DNA from: Mobula hypostoma
Taxonomy: Eukaryota
Assembly (NCBI RefSeq): GCF_963921235.1
Contig: NC_086097.1
Span: 169,138,001 to 169,202,000, forward strand
DNA length: 64,000 nt
Direction of reading: 5' to 3'
The notes beneath the pieces were generated by a model. That model saw nothing but the letters and a program-made list of their open reading frames with translations. It made no database searches and was not told the origin of the DNA. The translations under genes were made by a program, and so were the position numbers. Below are positions 51,271 to 64,000 of the stretch, piece by piece. The first letter of the stretch is position 1. Each line of letters starts with the position of its first letter.

Positions 51271-51848
51271 CTCTGTGAGTCTGCTGTGTCATTCAGTTAG
51301 AGATGTGCATTGGTTCCATAATCAATGAGAATATTCCCATCAAAAAAACTATCAATCTCAGTTATAAACATTCGTATTGACTGAGCACTGTCGTCAAGAA
51401 ATTGAGATTGCATATAGTGTATCCACGGGTTAAGGATGTCACTAGTATTACTAGGTGGATTTTTGCAAAATCTGGGAACTTCATGTTCACTGTTACTCTT
51501 TAACTCTTCACTTAACACTTTTTTTTTTAATCCAGTTTTATTTAATTAACTGAGTTCAAATTCATCAAATGCTATGGTGGGATTTGAAGTCATCTTCCTC
51601 AGTCAATAATCTAGCACTCCATAAATCAGTCTAGTAACTTAATACATTATGATACCATACCCTGCAGTTTCCTGCTTGCCTTTAGTTTCACAATTATGGC
51701 CCCTCATTCTTAATTGCTCCATTAAAAGAAATAATTTCTTTGCATTTACCCCTGATGTTAAACACCTTAATATCATTAGACCTTACCCTTTCAAACTTTT
51801 CATAATTACCATCAGAAATTATTAAAAACAAATCAACCAGAATCAGAA

Positions 51849-51980
51849 AACACACACAAAAATGCTGGTGAACGCAGCAGGCCAGGCAGCATCTTTAGGA
51901 AGAGGTACAGTTGACGTTTCGGGCCAAGACCCTTCGTCAGGACTAAAATTTCCAGTATCTGCAGATTTCCTCGTGTTTGC
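51849..51980 (-). mobile_element. 132-bp hammerhead-only PLE derivative
   Basis: Minus-strand hammerhead and pLTR end plus an inverted tail of about 34 nt; aatcagaa flanks at 51841-51848 and 51981-51988. Confidence 0.8.
51909..51944 (-). ncRNA. Minimal type I hammerhead ribozyme
   Basis: AGTC-CTGACGA-AGGGTCTTGGCCC-GAAA-CGTC^AACT; core intact, one stem I mismatch. Confidence 0.7.
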
Positions 51981-53197
51981 AATCAGAATCAGGTTTATTA
52001 TCACCGGCATGTGTCATGAAATTTGTTAACTTAGCAGCAGCAGTTCAATGTAATACATAATATAGAAGAAAAAAAAGTAAATCAATTACAGTATACGTAT
52101 AATGAATAGATTAAAACCTGTGCAAAAACAGAAATAATATATATTAAAAAAGTGAGGTAGTGTTCACAGAATCAAAGTCCATTTAGGAATTGGGTGGCAG
52201 AGAGGAAGAAGCAGTTCCTGAATCATTGAGTGTGTGCCTTCAGGCTTCTGTATCTCCTACCTGATGGTAACAGTGAGAAAAGGTCATGCCCTGGGTGCTG
52301 GAGGTCCTTAATAATGGACACTGCCTTTCTGAGACACTGCTCCTTGAAGATGTCCTGGGTACTTTGTAGGCTAGTACCCAAGTTGGAGTCAACTAAATTT
52401 ACAACCCTCTTTCGGTCCTTTGCAGTAGTCCCCTTCCCTCCTACCCAGACAGTGATGCAGCCTGTCAGAATGCTCTCTACAGTACATCTATCGATGTTTT
52501 TGAGTGTTTTTGTTGACATACCAAATCTCTTCAAATTCCTAATGAAGTATAGTCATTGTCTTGCCTTCTTTATAACTGCATCGGTATGTTGGGACCAGGT
52601 TAGATCCTCAGAAATCTTGACACCCAGGAACTTGAAACTGCTCACTCTCTCCACTTCTGATCCCTCTATGAGGATTGGTATGTGTTCCTTCATCTTACCC
52701 TTCCTGAAGTTCACAATCAGCTCTTTTGTCTTACTGACGTTGAGTGCCAGGTTGTTGCTATGACACCACTCCACTAGTTGGCATATCTCGCTCCTGGACG
52801 CCTTCTCATCTCCAACTGAGATTCTACCAACAATAGTTGTATTGTCAGCAAATTTATAGATGGTATTTGAGCTATGGCTAGCCATACAGTCATGTGTATA
52901 CAGAGAGTAGAGCAGTGGGCGAAGCACACATCCCTGAGGTGCACCAGTGTTGATCATCAGTGAGGAGGAGATATTATCACCAATCCACACAGATTGTAGT
53001 CTTCCGGTTAGAAGGTTGAGGATCCAATTGCAGAGGGAGGTACAGAGGTCCAAGTTCTGTAACTTCTCAATCAGGATTGTGGGAATGATGGTGTTAAATG
53101 CTGAGCTCTGGTCGATGAACAGCATCCTGACGTAGGTGTTTGTATTGTCCAGGTGGTCTAAGGCTGTGTGAAGAGCCTTTGAACTTGCGTCTGCCGA
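51981..53197 (-). mobile_element. Rex1/Babar LINE, RT to 3' end
   Basis: ORFs 52553-53125 ([24 protein letters not shown]) and 52223-52534; (aatcag)n tail. Confidence 0.92.
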
Positions 53198-53787
53198 TCA
53201 TTGAATGAGCAGAAAATTGATGTTATTACAATTAAGTCAACCTCCATTCAGAATATATATTACTTGCAACACCGATAATAACACACAACTGAAAACATCT
53301 TGCAACACTGTGGATTGATAATTGCTTCACAAAACATCAGAAAGCTAATGTTAATTTTCTAGGTGGCCAGATTTTTTTCGTGCAAGTGTTAAGTTTTGAG
53401 TTGGCTAATAATTTTTCACTCAGTTTCTAACTCATGTAATTAAGTGTCCTACATTTATTTAAACAGAAAATGTTTTCATCCAAAGGATGTAAGAAAATTT
53501 ATATTAACATAAATTAGGAACAGAATCTAATCAACAAGTCAGCTTGAACGATCAGCTTTCACTAACAGTTAGCATATTAAATGCTCGTTAGATGTGTCCC
53601 AGAGATCTCACGATATAACTCCCTGATCTCTAACTACCCAGCTCTCAGTTACACTATTGATTCCCTGCCACGTCCATTCTCACAACCTCGTTTTGTTCAA
53701 CATTTAGAAAGTGAAGGTATACTCTTTAGGTTGAATGAGACTTGGCTATTAGCCAAACAACATTTTCTCCCCCATGTCCAGTATTTA

Positions 53788-55100
53788 AAATCAGGTTTAT
53801 TATCACTTACTTCACAGTTCAAAGTTCAAAGTAAGTTTATTATCTAAGTACATTTATGTTGCCATAAACAACCCTGGGATTCATTTTCTTGTTGGCATAT
53901 TCAATAAATCTATAATAGATGAATAACCGTAACAGAATCAATGAAAGACAGCACTAACTTGAGTGTACAACTGGTGTCCAAAAGACAACAAACTGCAAAT
54001 ACAAAAAGAAAGAATTAATAATAATAATAATAAATAGATAAGCAATAAATATTGAGAACATGAGATGAAGAGTCCTTGAAAGCGAGGCCATTGGTTGTGA
54101 GAATATTTCAATTATGGGGATAAGTGAAGTTGAGTGAAATTATCTCCTCTGGTTTAAGAGCCTGATAGTTGAGGGATTAAAAACTGTTCCTGAACCTGGT
54201 GATGTAAGTCTGAGGCCACTGTACCTTCTTTCTGATGGCAGTAATAAGAAGAGAGCATGTCCTGGGTGGTGGAGGTTGTTAGGGATGGATGCTGCTTTCC
54301 TGCAACAGTGTTTCACGCAGATGTCGTGAAATTTATTGTTTTATGGCAATAGTACAGTGCAAACACATAAAATTCCTATAAATTACTAAATAAATAGATA
54401 ATGCAAAACAAAAGAATAACAAAGTAGAGTTTCTGGCTTCACAGACTATTCAGAAATCTGATGGCAGAGGGGAAGAAGCTGTTCCTAAATAATTGTGTGT
54501 GGATCTTCAGGCTCCTGTAGCTTTGCCCTGATGCTAGTAATTAGAAAATGTCATGTACTGGATGCTGAGGGTCCTCAGTAATAGATGTTGCATTCTCAAG
54601 ACACTGCGTCATGAAGATGTTCTCAATGGTGTGGAGAGTTGTGTCTGTGATGGAGCTGGCTGAGACTACAACTCCCCCAACCACCACCCCCCCCCCACAA
54701 CCTTTTGTGATCCTTTACATTGTAGACTCCATGCCAGACTGTGATGAAAACAGTCAGAATGCTGTCCACCGTATATCTATAGGAATTTGCAAAAGTCTCT
54801 AGTGACATACTAAATCTCCTCAAACTTCTTCTGAAGTAGAGCTCCTGGCTGTCTTCTTTGTGATTGCATCAATGTGTTGGCCTAGGATAGAGCTTCCAAG
54901 ATGTTTACATCCAGGACTTGAAGCTGCTCACCCTTTCCACCACTGACCCCTCAATAAGGACTGGTGTATGTTCTCCTAAGTTCCCCTTCTTGAACTCCAC
55001 AATCAATTCCTTGATCTTGCTAGCGCTGAGCGAGGTTGTTGTTGTAACAGCAGTCAACCAACTGATGTATCTCACTCTTGTATGCCTCCTTGTCACTACC
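53788..55100 (-). mobile_element. Rex1/Babar relic with a second Rex-type 3' end nested at about 53817-54323
   Basis: Two tails (aatcaggtttatta and gttcaaagttcaaag); KELIVEFKKG...VERVSSFK. Confidence 0.75.
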
Positions 55101-55642
55101 TAATTATTCTCATAGAAGGAAGAACTTAACATCCTATTTTAATGCACCTTTGTCCTCTTGAGTTGCTTTAAAGCAATACCTTGGAAATTCCTAGAAACCC
55201 AGGAGCATTCCAAAAAGATGGCAATTCCACATGATACAAAATAAAAAGGGTGCAGTTAGATTGCAAATTATTTACTGTCTAGTTTTTTTTTTACAGTTGT
55301 ATTGTACACTTTTTTTTCTTGAACTGGTAGTGTCCAGTTTCCCACTACAAAATTTGCTCAGAAATATCGTGTGGTGATAACTACGTTTTGTGACCTGTCG
55401 TTAAAGCAGAAATCCTACAAAGAGGAAAAATTGTAAAATAGGCATGATTTTAATACAGTTTCAGAATAGGAACAGTGTAAGATGAAACAATAGATGATAG
55501 CTGTTAAAAAAAAAAGGTTCTCTAACAGTTGCTACTGGATATTGTATTAATGTAGATGTAAACAAAATATGTAGCTGAAGTATTTCATGAGTCATTAGGA
55601 GATTTTCATTTTCAGTGTGGCTGCAAAAATTAAATTTGCTTT

Positions 55643-55746
55643 AGTATTCTGGAAGATATATCGTAGAATACATTTGAGGCTATTTTCTAGTTGGCTTAAG
55701 TATTCTGGAAGATATATCGTAGAATATATTTGAGGCTATTTTCTAG
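55643..55746. repeat. Tandem duplication, period 56 bp
   Basis: 55643-55690 and 55699-55746 are identical except for one C/T. Confidence 0.9.
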
Positions 55747-56474
55747 AGTATAAAGTATGAAATCAAACAGGGAAATAGCTACTTTAGATCTTGACTTGTA
55801 TACAGAGACTGAATTAATTAATAATTTCATAGAAAATCCTCTAAGGATTCTTATAATCTATTAGAATTTTGCATTGAAAGCTAATTATTTAAGTACAAAA
55901 CCAGAGTAAACTATCATAATTTAAAATGAACAGTTTTGCAGCTAATAGGAATTAAAAATATCTGAGATAAATATAAATATTAGATTAAAAAGTATTTTCT
56001 TTTTTGATGATAGTGAAACAGTGCAAAGCACTTAAAGAAATGGTTCATTATTCTAAACTAAAATGCATTACATTGAAAAAGCTCCAGAAGAAATGTCATC
56101 CGTCCATGGCTAACACTTGAGAATTATGATTACATTTAATTTGAACAATAGGCTTGAAACTTTGATACGAAGTGTACTAGGGTTCAGGATAGGTGAAGGA
56201 ACAAGAAAAAGACAGTTTAAAATTAAAAATAAAAGGAAAGTAGAAATATAACATGCAAGAATTATAAAAACATTGTAAGGGTTGACACAAGTATGAAGAA
56301 AATTTAATAAAAATATAAGCAAATGCTTTAGAGGCTACAACGAGAGGTTCATAAAGTCTGAGGAAACCAAGGATTAAGGGTGTTGAGCAGGAAAGCAGAG
56401 TTCGGGTTGAAGTTAATGCAACTATATTGAATTGTAGAGCAAGTTCCAGTGGTGGCACAGAGACAGATGTGAGA

Positions 56475-56860
56475 GGTTGCAGATGTTGCATTTTGGACAA
56501 CAGGCAGGATGCTGGTGGATCTCAGCAGGTCAGGCAGCAATTATGGAGGGAAATGGATAGTTGACATCTTGGGTCAAGAGCCTGCAGCTGGACTAAGAGA
56601 TAGAGGGGAGCCAGCCAATGCAAAGAGGTGAGGGAAAGAGAAGATCAAAAGCTAGCAAGCAACAGGTGGATCCAGGTGAGATGAGGTGATAGGCAGATGG
56701 AGAAGGAGGGATGGAAACAGTAACAACAGAGAGCTGAAGATGATGGAATCCAATAGGAGAGGAAGGTGGAGCATGAAAGGAAGGTAGGGAGGTTGGAAGA
56801 ACAGGCAGGAACAGTTGGGATGGGGAAGTACTGGAAGGAATGTGAGGGTAATAGGTAAAC
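56475..56860 (-). mobile_element. PLE pLTR, degenerate
   Basis: gcagatgttgca...ctcagcaggtcaggcagca followed by a purine-rich body; decayed hammerhead near 56560-56595. Confidence 0.65.
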
Positions 56861-57859
56861 GTTCAGTGGCGATTTGACCAATTGTGGATCCTATTTTAAT
56901 TTTACATCCTCCAAAGAACAATTGCACAATGAAATTTATTTTCATGCACTGTGCATTGCAGCTGCAGGACTGGAAAAAAATTGCTTTCTTAATGGCATCA
57001 TGAAAATGCAAAAATGAAGTAACACTGATTGGAATCCGTGAAACCTCTTCCAACTTATATATTTCCTGTAATGTTCAGGGACATAAAAAAAAACACTAAA
57101 AAAACTTATAATGTTCCACATGTGACTTAACAGTTGGGTAGTTTTGTTAATCTTTTCTTAATATTTCTCAAACCCCTTTTCAGTTAAACTTTCAATTTAT
57201 TTTTCCATGCACAAGTTGTGCCTTCCCCATTTTCTTTTCTTGAGTAATCTCAAAAATACGTCTACTTTCACCAACATTTTTGCTTCAAATTAAGTTTGTG
57301 GATAGGCCTTAACCTTAGTTCAGTGGTAACATTCTCATCCAAATCCAAAGGAGACTTGCACACATAGACCAGCATTCTTTTCCAATATTTAAAGAATGTT
57401 GTATGATTCAGTGTACTGTAGGCGGCTGCCACAGAAGGACAAAGATCTCCTAGCCTTTTTCAAAGAATAAGAACATCTTCCCCAGCATCCTGACCACTAA
57501 TAATACATCGATCAATTTCATATAAAAATGAAAAAAATACATTATGACGTAGTTGAGGTCGTTGGAACATGGCTTAAAAAAGGACAGAACTGGGCAGTTA
57601 ATATTCCAGAATTAAAGGTGTCCAAAAAAATAAAGAGAAAGTAGAGGTGGAGTAGAAGCACTTATTAAGATTAACTGGGACCCTGTTTTGCACTAATCTA
57701 TAGAACACTGATCTGTTACATACACCATGTCTTGGAGTCAGAGCATGTGCAGATATGAACCACAACATCCATCTTAAAAAAGCTATCAGCGAAAGCTGCA
57801 TACTGTGGACCACTATGCCTGGGACCTGGAGTGAACTCTGCACCCACTGGCACTCCCAC

Positions 57860-58335
57860 TCTCAAACTCAACACCATTGATGTAGACAGGAGCATGTGCT
57901 CTGTCCCCTACTGAGGTTAATGACCAGCTCTTTTGTTGACATTGTGGGAAAGTTTGTTATCATAAAACCCTGTCACTAACCTCTCCATCTCCTTCCTGTA
58001 CTTCAATGCATCATTATTTGAGATGCAGCCCACTACTTTGTTGCCATCTGCAAACTTGTAAATGCAGTTAGACCAGAATGTGGCCACAGTTATGAGTCTA
58101 CTACAGGGAGTGGTTGAGGATGCAACCTTATGGAGCACCGGTGTTAGTAATAATCGTGCTGGAGATGTTGCTGCCTATTCTTACTGACTGTGATGTGTTG
58201 GTCAGGGAGTTAAGAATTCACTTGCAGAGGAAGGGATTGACTCCCGGGTCTTGCAGTTTGGTGATATTTTTGCCTGGAGTTATTATATTGAGGGCAGAGC
58301 TGTAGTCAATAAATAATAATCTAACATAGGTGTCT
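57860..58335 (-). mobile_element. Rex1/Babar RT relic
   Basis: IYKFADGNKVVGCISNND...Y. Confidence 0.7.
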
Positions 58336-58399
58336 ATATCTCAGAAGCCACAAGTCAATAAAGATATACATGGATGATGAAAATTCACCATTGCCTTCA

Positions 58400-61300
58400 C
58401 TGTACCAATTTTGTCTGTCAGAGGAGGAGTTTAAGATTAGACCTCAAACCCAGCACAAAGCTCTTGCTATACCAAGCAGCAGTGATCCCTGCTCTCTTGC
58501 TTCTGATACATGGACTGCTTACAGCAGGCTCCTCAGACTACTAGTGGGTGCTACCATAACACTGTCTCCATAAAATCCATCAAATCCAAGGCCGGAGGAG
58601 CAACTCAATGTCAGCATCCTCTCCCAACATAAAGCCCATAATTTCAGTCAGCTCTGACGGATGGGCCATGTTGCTTGTATGTCAGACCCATGAAACAATA
58701 ATCTGTTCAGAACTCTTTAACAGTAAACACTACCAAGGTAAGTTCCCACAATAAGTTCTCCACAACTACTTTGTCAAGTGCATGCACCACTGCATTGTGA
58801 ATTCACTCGACTGCTGGGCGAATTACCAGACCTCACAAAGCCCACATACTCCACTATAGTCACAAAACATGGGGTTAAACACCACATTCCCACAACTGGC
58901 CCACCTGTCCATGCCCGCATGTGTAGATTGCACCCAGAAAAGCTAGCAACCGTGAAGGCTGAGTTGTCCAACAAGGAAAGACTTGGAATCGTACACCAGT
59001 TGAATAACCCCTGGGCTTCACTCCTTCATATGGTCCCTAAGTTTGATGGTGGTTGCCATCCACTGATGATTACCGTTGTCCTAACGAGGCCACCGCCCCC
59101 CGATTGTTACCCGGTACCATACATTCAAGACTCTTAGCCCGAATGTTAATTTTTTTTTCCAAAATTGATCTAGTTAGGGGCTACCATCAGGTGCCTGTGT
59201 GCTTGGAGGACATTCACAAAACAGCTGTGATAACCCCATTTGGCTTTTCTGAGTTTCAGCGCATGCTGTTCGGACTGAAAATCATAGCACAGACTTTCCA
59301 AAGGCTGGTGGACTCTGTATTAAAAGACTTAGATTTTCTTTTTGTCTACCTGGATGACATCTCTGCACATTTTTCAAGCATTTAAGCCAACACGGGTTGA
59401 TTATTAACCCTGCTAAATACCAGTTTGTGTTGTCAACCATTGACTTTCTCGACCATTGCATCTCCACAGGAGGTGCAAAACTCCTCCTCGTCAAAGTTAG
59501 CCGCTATTATGAATTTCCCACTACCCTGCACTACTAAACAGGAGGTTTTAGGCATGGTGAATTTCATCACCGCTTCATTCTGCTAGCTGCCGAACTTATG
59601 CTCCCCTGTATAGTGCATTTAATACCCCTAATCAAGTGCTTGACTGGTTAGCGGACATGACCAGGGCACTTGATGATACCAAATGAGCTCTTTCTCATGC
59701 AACTCTACTGGCGCACCTGCTCCCCAATGCACCCATAGCCATTACTACTGACGCCCCAGACCATGCTGTGGGTGCCAGGCATGAACAGCTGTCCGGAGGC
59801 GTTTGGCAGCTGCTTGCCTTCTTCAGTTGGCAGCTCCGTTCTCCCGAAAGAAAGTAGAGCATGTTTGACCTTGAGCTTCTCACTCTCTATCTGGCTGTCT
59901 GCCACTTCACAGCATTCATTGACCGCAATCCCCTCATGCATGGGGCTAGCCAAAGTATCACGGCAGCATGCATGGCAGCGACGCCACTTGGCCAACATAT
60001 CCAAGTTCACAACTGATGTACAACATATCAAGGGGAAAAATAATGCCACGGCCAATCCCTCTCACAGGCAGCTATTGAGGCCATACTCATAGTGGTGGAC
60101 AATGCTGGCACGGTAGCTGACGAACTTATTGACCCAGAGGTCCAAGCTTACCAAACAGCAGTCATGGGCCTGCGGTTGGCTAACATTAAGTTCAGGGAAG
60201 CTGGGGTTTCTTTCCTGTGCAATATCTCAAGCAGTTGTCCTCGCCCCATCAAGTCCACAAAATGGAGGTGGACAGTTTTTGACACCATACATGGCCTTTC
60301 ACATCCGGGCCAGAAGGTCTCACAGAAACAGGTTGTACTAAAGTTTGTTTGGCATGGCCTCAAAAAGGACGTGCATGATTGGATTGCAGCTTGTGTGCAA
60401 AAATTAACCTTCATGTTCAAGCACCATGGGCACCTTTTGAGGTCCCTGAGTGATAGTTTGACCATGTCAATGTGGACCTTGTTGGTCCTCTTCTCCTCTC
60501 CCATAGTTTCACACTACTTCTAACCATAGTGGACTGTACCACCAGGTGGCCAGAGGTTGTCTCTCTAGTATTGATGACAGCCTCAGATGAGGCTTAGGCG
60601 TTCATCAGCACCTGTGTTGCTCAGTTTGGCAGCCCATCTGATGTTTCCTCTGACCGCAGTCCTCAGTTCACTTCAGACCTCTGGGCTGTGACGGCCCAGC
60701 TCAGAACCATAGTGTCAGGATAAAACACACCACAGCATATCACGCGCAGTCAAATGGTCTACGCGAGCAGTTTCACTGCTTCCTTGACCAATGAGTGCTA
60801 GCATGATTGCTCCGTGGATCCTTCTGGGTCTTAGAACTGCTCCAAAAGAAGATCTCCATTCGTCCTCCACCAAGTTGGAATATGGGCAGCTGTTACGAGT
60901 GCCAGGTAGGTGACTTAATTCCTGTTGTCACGACCACCTGGACAGCCTCTCAACAGCGTTCCACCATCTTCGGTAAATTCAATTTCTTTTCACCTATTCC
61001 TACCACCCATCATGGTGTACAGCATTCTTGGGTCCTTGTTTGTTTTTATCCACCATGACGCACACCAACATCTCCATAGGCCCCCTTACAATGGCCCGTT
61101 CTACGTTTCGCATCAGGGAGAAAATACTTTTATGATTGATAAGAGGGGTAAACCTGAAAATATTTTAGTAGATCTCTTTAAACTAGCCTACCAAGATTTG
61201 GAGAATTCCACTGCCATGGCCCTGGCGTCACAACGTGACCATGAGCATGTCAATGCACCTCTGGACGAGCCAAAGGCACCTGTGTTTCCATCACCCATAG

Positions 61301-61592
61301 ACAAGGACCCGAATCAGGCAGCTCGTCTGAGCTCAGTACAGACTCACAATGCCGGTTTTAGTGAATTTTAGGATGCCTGTATACGGTAACGTAATTGGGA
61401 GAAATGTACATCATTCACAACCACACACATTGAGTTGACGTTTTGCTTTAAGAGTCTGGTCTGACATGATTACATTTTTACGTAAGGATTTTTTAGCATA
61501 CTTTTGTGTTTAGATTTTGGAGTTCAATAAAATGTGTAATGGGTTTCGTTAAACATAAAGCACCTCACTTCATTTTATTTGCATTAACCCAC
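58400..61592 (+). mobile_element. Gypsy/Ty3 LTR retrotransposon pol relic, with a probable 3' LTR at about 61378-61592
   Basis: Domain order RT (SKIDLVRGYHQVPV, YLDDI), RNase H (TTDAPDHAVGA, VQHIKGKNN), integrase (HGLSHPG, VDLVGP, SSDRSPQFTS, TTAYHAQSNG) and PPYNGPF; many stops and frameshifts. Confidence 0.9.
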
Positions 61593-61615
61593 ATGCACAT
61601 TGGAAATAGATTACA

Positions 61616-62702
61616 CTAGACAACGGGGTGACTTGTTGGGGCACCCTTTGAGAGAAGGGTAGTGCAGTCTGATGTGACCAGAATGTACATTAAATTTTTC
61701 TGAATGCTATTGGTATCACTTTGCTTTGGAAACTGAAGTAGAAAACCTCAGTTTATTAAAAAAGAATGACGCGTAGCAAAGCAAATATAGCTCCTCCTCG
61801 TTTAACGAAGGACACTTTTGATGGCATCATTTCTGGTTTATCTGCCACCCTTGTGCCTCTCGTTGTCATTCTGGAGATGTGCAGTCCTTTCATCCCCCAT
61901 CTCTTCAGCTGTTTGTTATTTGTCTCTGATCCTGCAGATGTGCATGCCTCTCCTCCTCTGTCTCTTCTTCTCTCATCTTTTTTTGTCCTAACTCTTTGAT
62001 CCTGGAGTCGTGTGGCCCTGGCCTCATCCAATTCTTGTTCTCTCCCTCTCCTTGCTGCTTCCCGACGTTTGGCGTCATCTCTTGACCATAATGTCCCCCT
62101 ACCCTTTCCATGTGGCATAATTAGGCTGACCATTTTTTTTTTACCCTAATGCTGGATAGAAGATACGAAGCAGTAACACCAAAGGATGCTGATTATTCTT
62201 GATGATGTGGTTGGCTCTCTCCTAAATGGACGTGATATAGTCACCGCTGTCCTTTGACTGCAGCAAAGGGTTTGATGGGTGTCTCGAAGTACGTCATTAC
62301 AATAAGATTTAATTATCTCTTATTGATGGGTGACAGTTGGATCTGTCCCAATCCTGCACATGCTGATGGTGATTAGCAGAATGTGACCCCTGGAAATAGA
62401 GCTGCCCTGCCCTTTTGCTCCGGTAGGTGTCGCTGCTGAGGCTGGCCATGCGCATGCATCGGCTGTCGCGTCCCGATTTCCATGACGGCGGATGGGCTCT
62501 CAGGTGAAAACGAGCCTGTTGATTTTGGCGAATGAGCAATTTTATATGAATACATAACCCTGAACTTTGCCTGCATTCTGTAAGTTAGCACATTTTAATT
62601 CGATTTGGCCAAAAAAGGTGCCGCTGTAATGCACCATTTGCAGTAGTTGGAGGTCACAAACAGACAAATAGACAGAGCATGAGAGTTTTAGTAGTATATA
62701 GA
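61616..62702 (-). mobile_element. Non-autonomous Helitron with both termini
   Basis: A|TCTATATACTACTAAAA ... gggtg-N11-caccc hairpin, cgttgtCTAG|T, no TSD; relic N-terminal charged repeats ARATRLQDQR and ETEEERHAHLQDQR. Confidence 0.85.
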
Positions 62703-62939
62703 TGTGAGAACTATTTGCAGGTTGCCCTTTTAGCATTTCATAACTTTGATTGTACGATTAAACCTGTAAATTAGCTTGTTCTATTTTGTCTTGTATTTTA
62801 AAGATGATGATTCAGAGTGTAGTTCCAATTCCTTTGTCAGCCCTACTTATCCAAATACATGTCTAGACAGTGAATGCTGCCAAAACTTTACCGTGGCAGC
62901 ATTTTAACTGAGATCAATACTGCTTGTAAGTTTTCCCAA

Positions 62940-63240
62940 GACCATGATTGCTCTTGGCAAATTTTTCTTCAGAAGTGGTTTGCCATTGTCTTCTTCTGGA
63001 CAGTGTCCTCATAAGACAGGTGACCCCAGCCAGTATCAATACACTTCAGAGATTGTCTGCCTAGCATCAGTGATCACATTATCAGTACTCGTGATATGCA
63101 CGAGTTGCTCCTATAGCTTCAGGTGACCCTGATCAGGACGATAAGCAGGTACTACACCTTGCCCAAGAGTGACCTACAGGCTAGTGGAGGGAAAGAGCAC
63201 CTTACACCTCCTTTGGTAAAGGGATATCTCCACCCTCCCA
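62940..63240 (-). mobile_element. RTE-related SINE-like element
   Basis: agaagaagacaatggcaaaccacttc resembles the RTE/BovB-related gaaggcaatggcaacccac motif; non-coding. Confidence 0.5.
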
Positions 63241-63249
63241 CCCTCTTTT

Positions 63250-63955
63250 TCTTTGTAAAAGTACGAAATGCCTCAGATTTCTTCTTGATCCTGCTCACCA
63301 GGGACATTTCATGACCCCTTTTGGCCTTTGTATTCAACTGCTGCAGCATTTTCCTATCATCTTTATCACAAGGGTCCAGTCTGATTCTGGCTTCCTAAAC
63401 ATTACGTATCCTTCCTTTTACTTCCTGACTAAATTTACAACTTCCCAGATCATCCAAGGTTTCCTTAACATCCTTGTCCTTACTTACAGGAACATGCTGA
63501 TCCTGAACTCTGATCAGCTGGTCTTCAAACATCTTCTACATGTCAGATATAGACTTGCCCGACATCAGCTGTTCACAATGAATGCCCCTCGGCTCTTGTC
63601 TTTTAATGGTGTAACTTGCCCTCCCCCAAGATCCAATTTTATTCTTACCTTAAACCATAATGAGTTGCTGGTCACTATTCCCAAAATCTGTTCCGTCACC
63701 TGGCCTTATTAGCAGGCATACATTTAAGGGGGGGGGAGCTTAAAGGAGGTGTGCAGGGCAAGTTTACACACACACAGTGGGTGCTTGGAATGGCTGCCAA
63801 GGGGAGTGGTAGAAGCAGACATAATAGTGGCATTTAGGAATCTATTGGATAGATGCATGAAATTTGGAGGAATACAAATCATGTGCAGACAGAAGAGATT
63901 TAATTTAATTTAGCATCTTGTTCCACACAAATATTAAGGGCCGGAGCCCATTTCT
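63250..63955. mobile_element. CR1 fragments (minus about 63250-63710, plus about 63715-63955)
   Basis: CR1 ORF2 linker on the minus strand; VGAWNG...VVEAD and the 3' UTR on the plus strand. Confidence 0.65.
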
Positions 63956-64000
63956 GTGGACTCAATGGGTTGGGCAACATCTGCGGACAAACTAAATTAA

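Noticed and set aside
55643..55746. CRISPR-like repeat-spacer array
   Set aside because: Only two units with an 8-bp gap, vertebrate context, no cas genes

Overview
Repeat-dense vertebrate non-coding DNA, most likely from a cartilaginous fish and probably a ray. This is an inference from HER1-type CR1 LINEs, HE1/V-SINEs and DeuSINE-like relics. No intact host protein-coding exon could be named. A CpG island at about 36.6-37.2 kb and several short splice-site-bounded segments on the minus strand suggest the 5' end of a long minus-strand gene that runs off the left edge. Most other sequence is transposon-derived: CR1, Rex1/Babar, RTE and HERO LINEs, Penelope-like elements (PLEs), a Gypsy relic, a solo LTR, hAT, Tc1, pogo-like and Chapaev3 DNA transposons, and a Helitron. 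The most notable structures are: (1) about a dozen PLE terminal repeats carrying a minimal type I hammerhead ribozyme, three with intact cores, including a 132-bp ribozyme-only insertion; (2) a 1619-bp fold-back Tc1 made of two 3' halves; (3) a three-level nest of DNA transposons whose outer element has a 6-bp TSD; (4) a template-switch inverted duplication in a Chapaev3/HERO/pogo nest; (5) a Helitron with complete termini. Family assignments come from recognising motifs by eye, not from database searches, and boundaries without a TSD or TIR are approximate.
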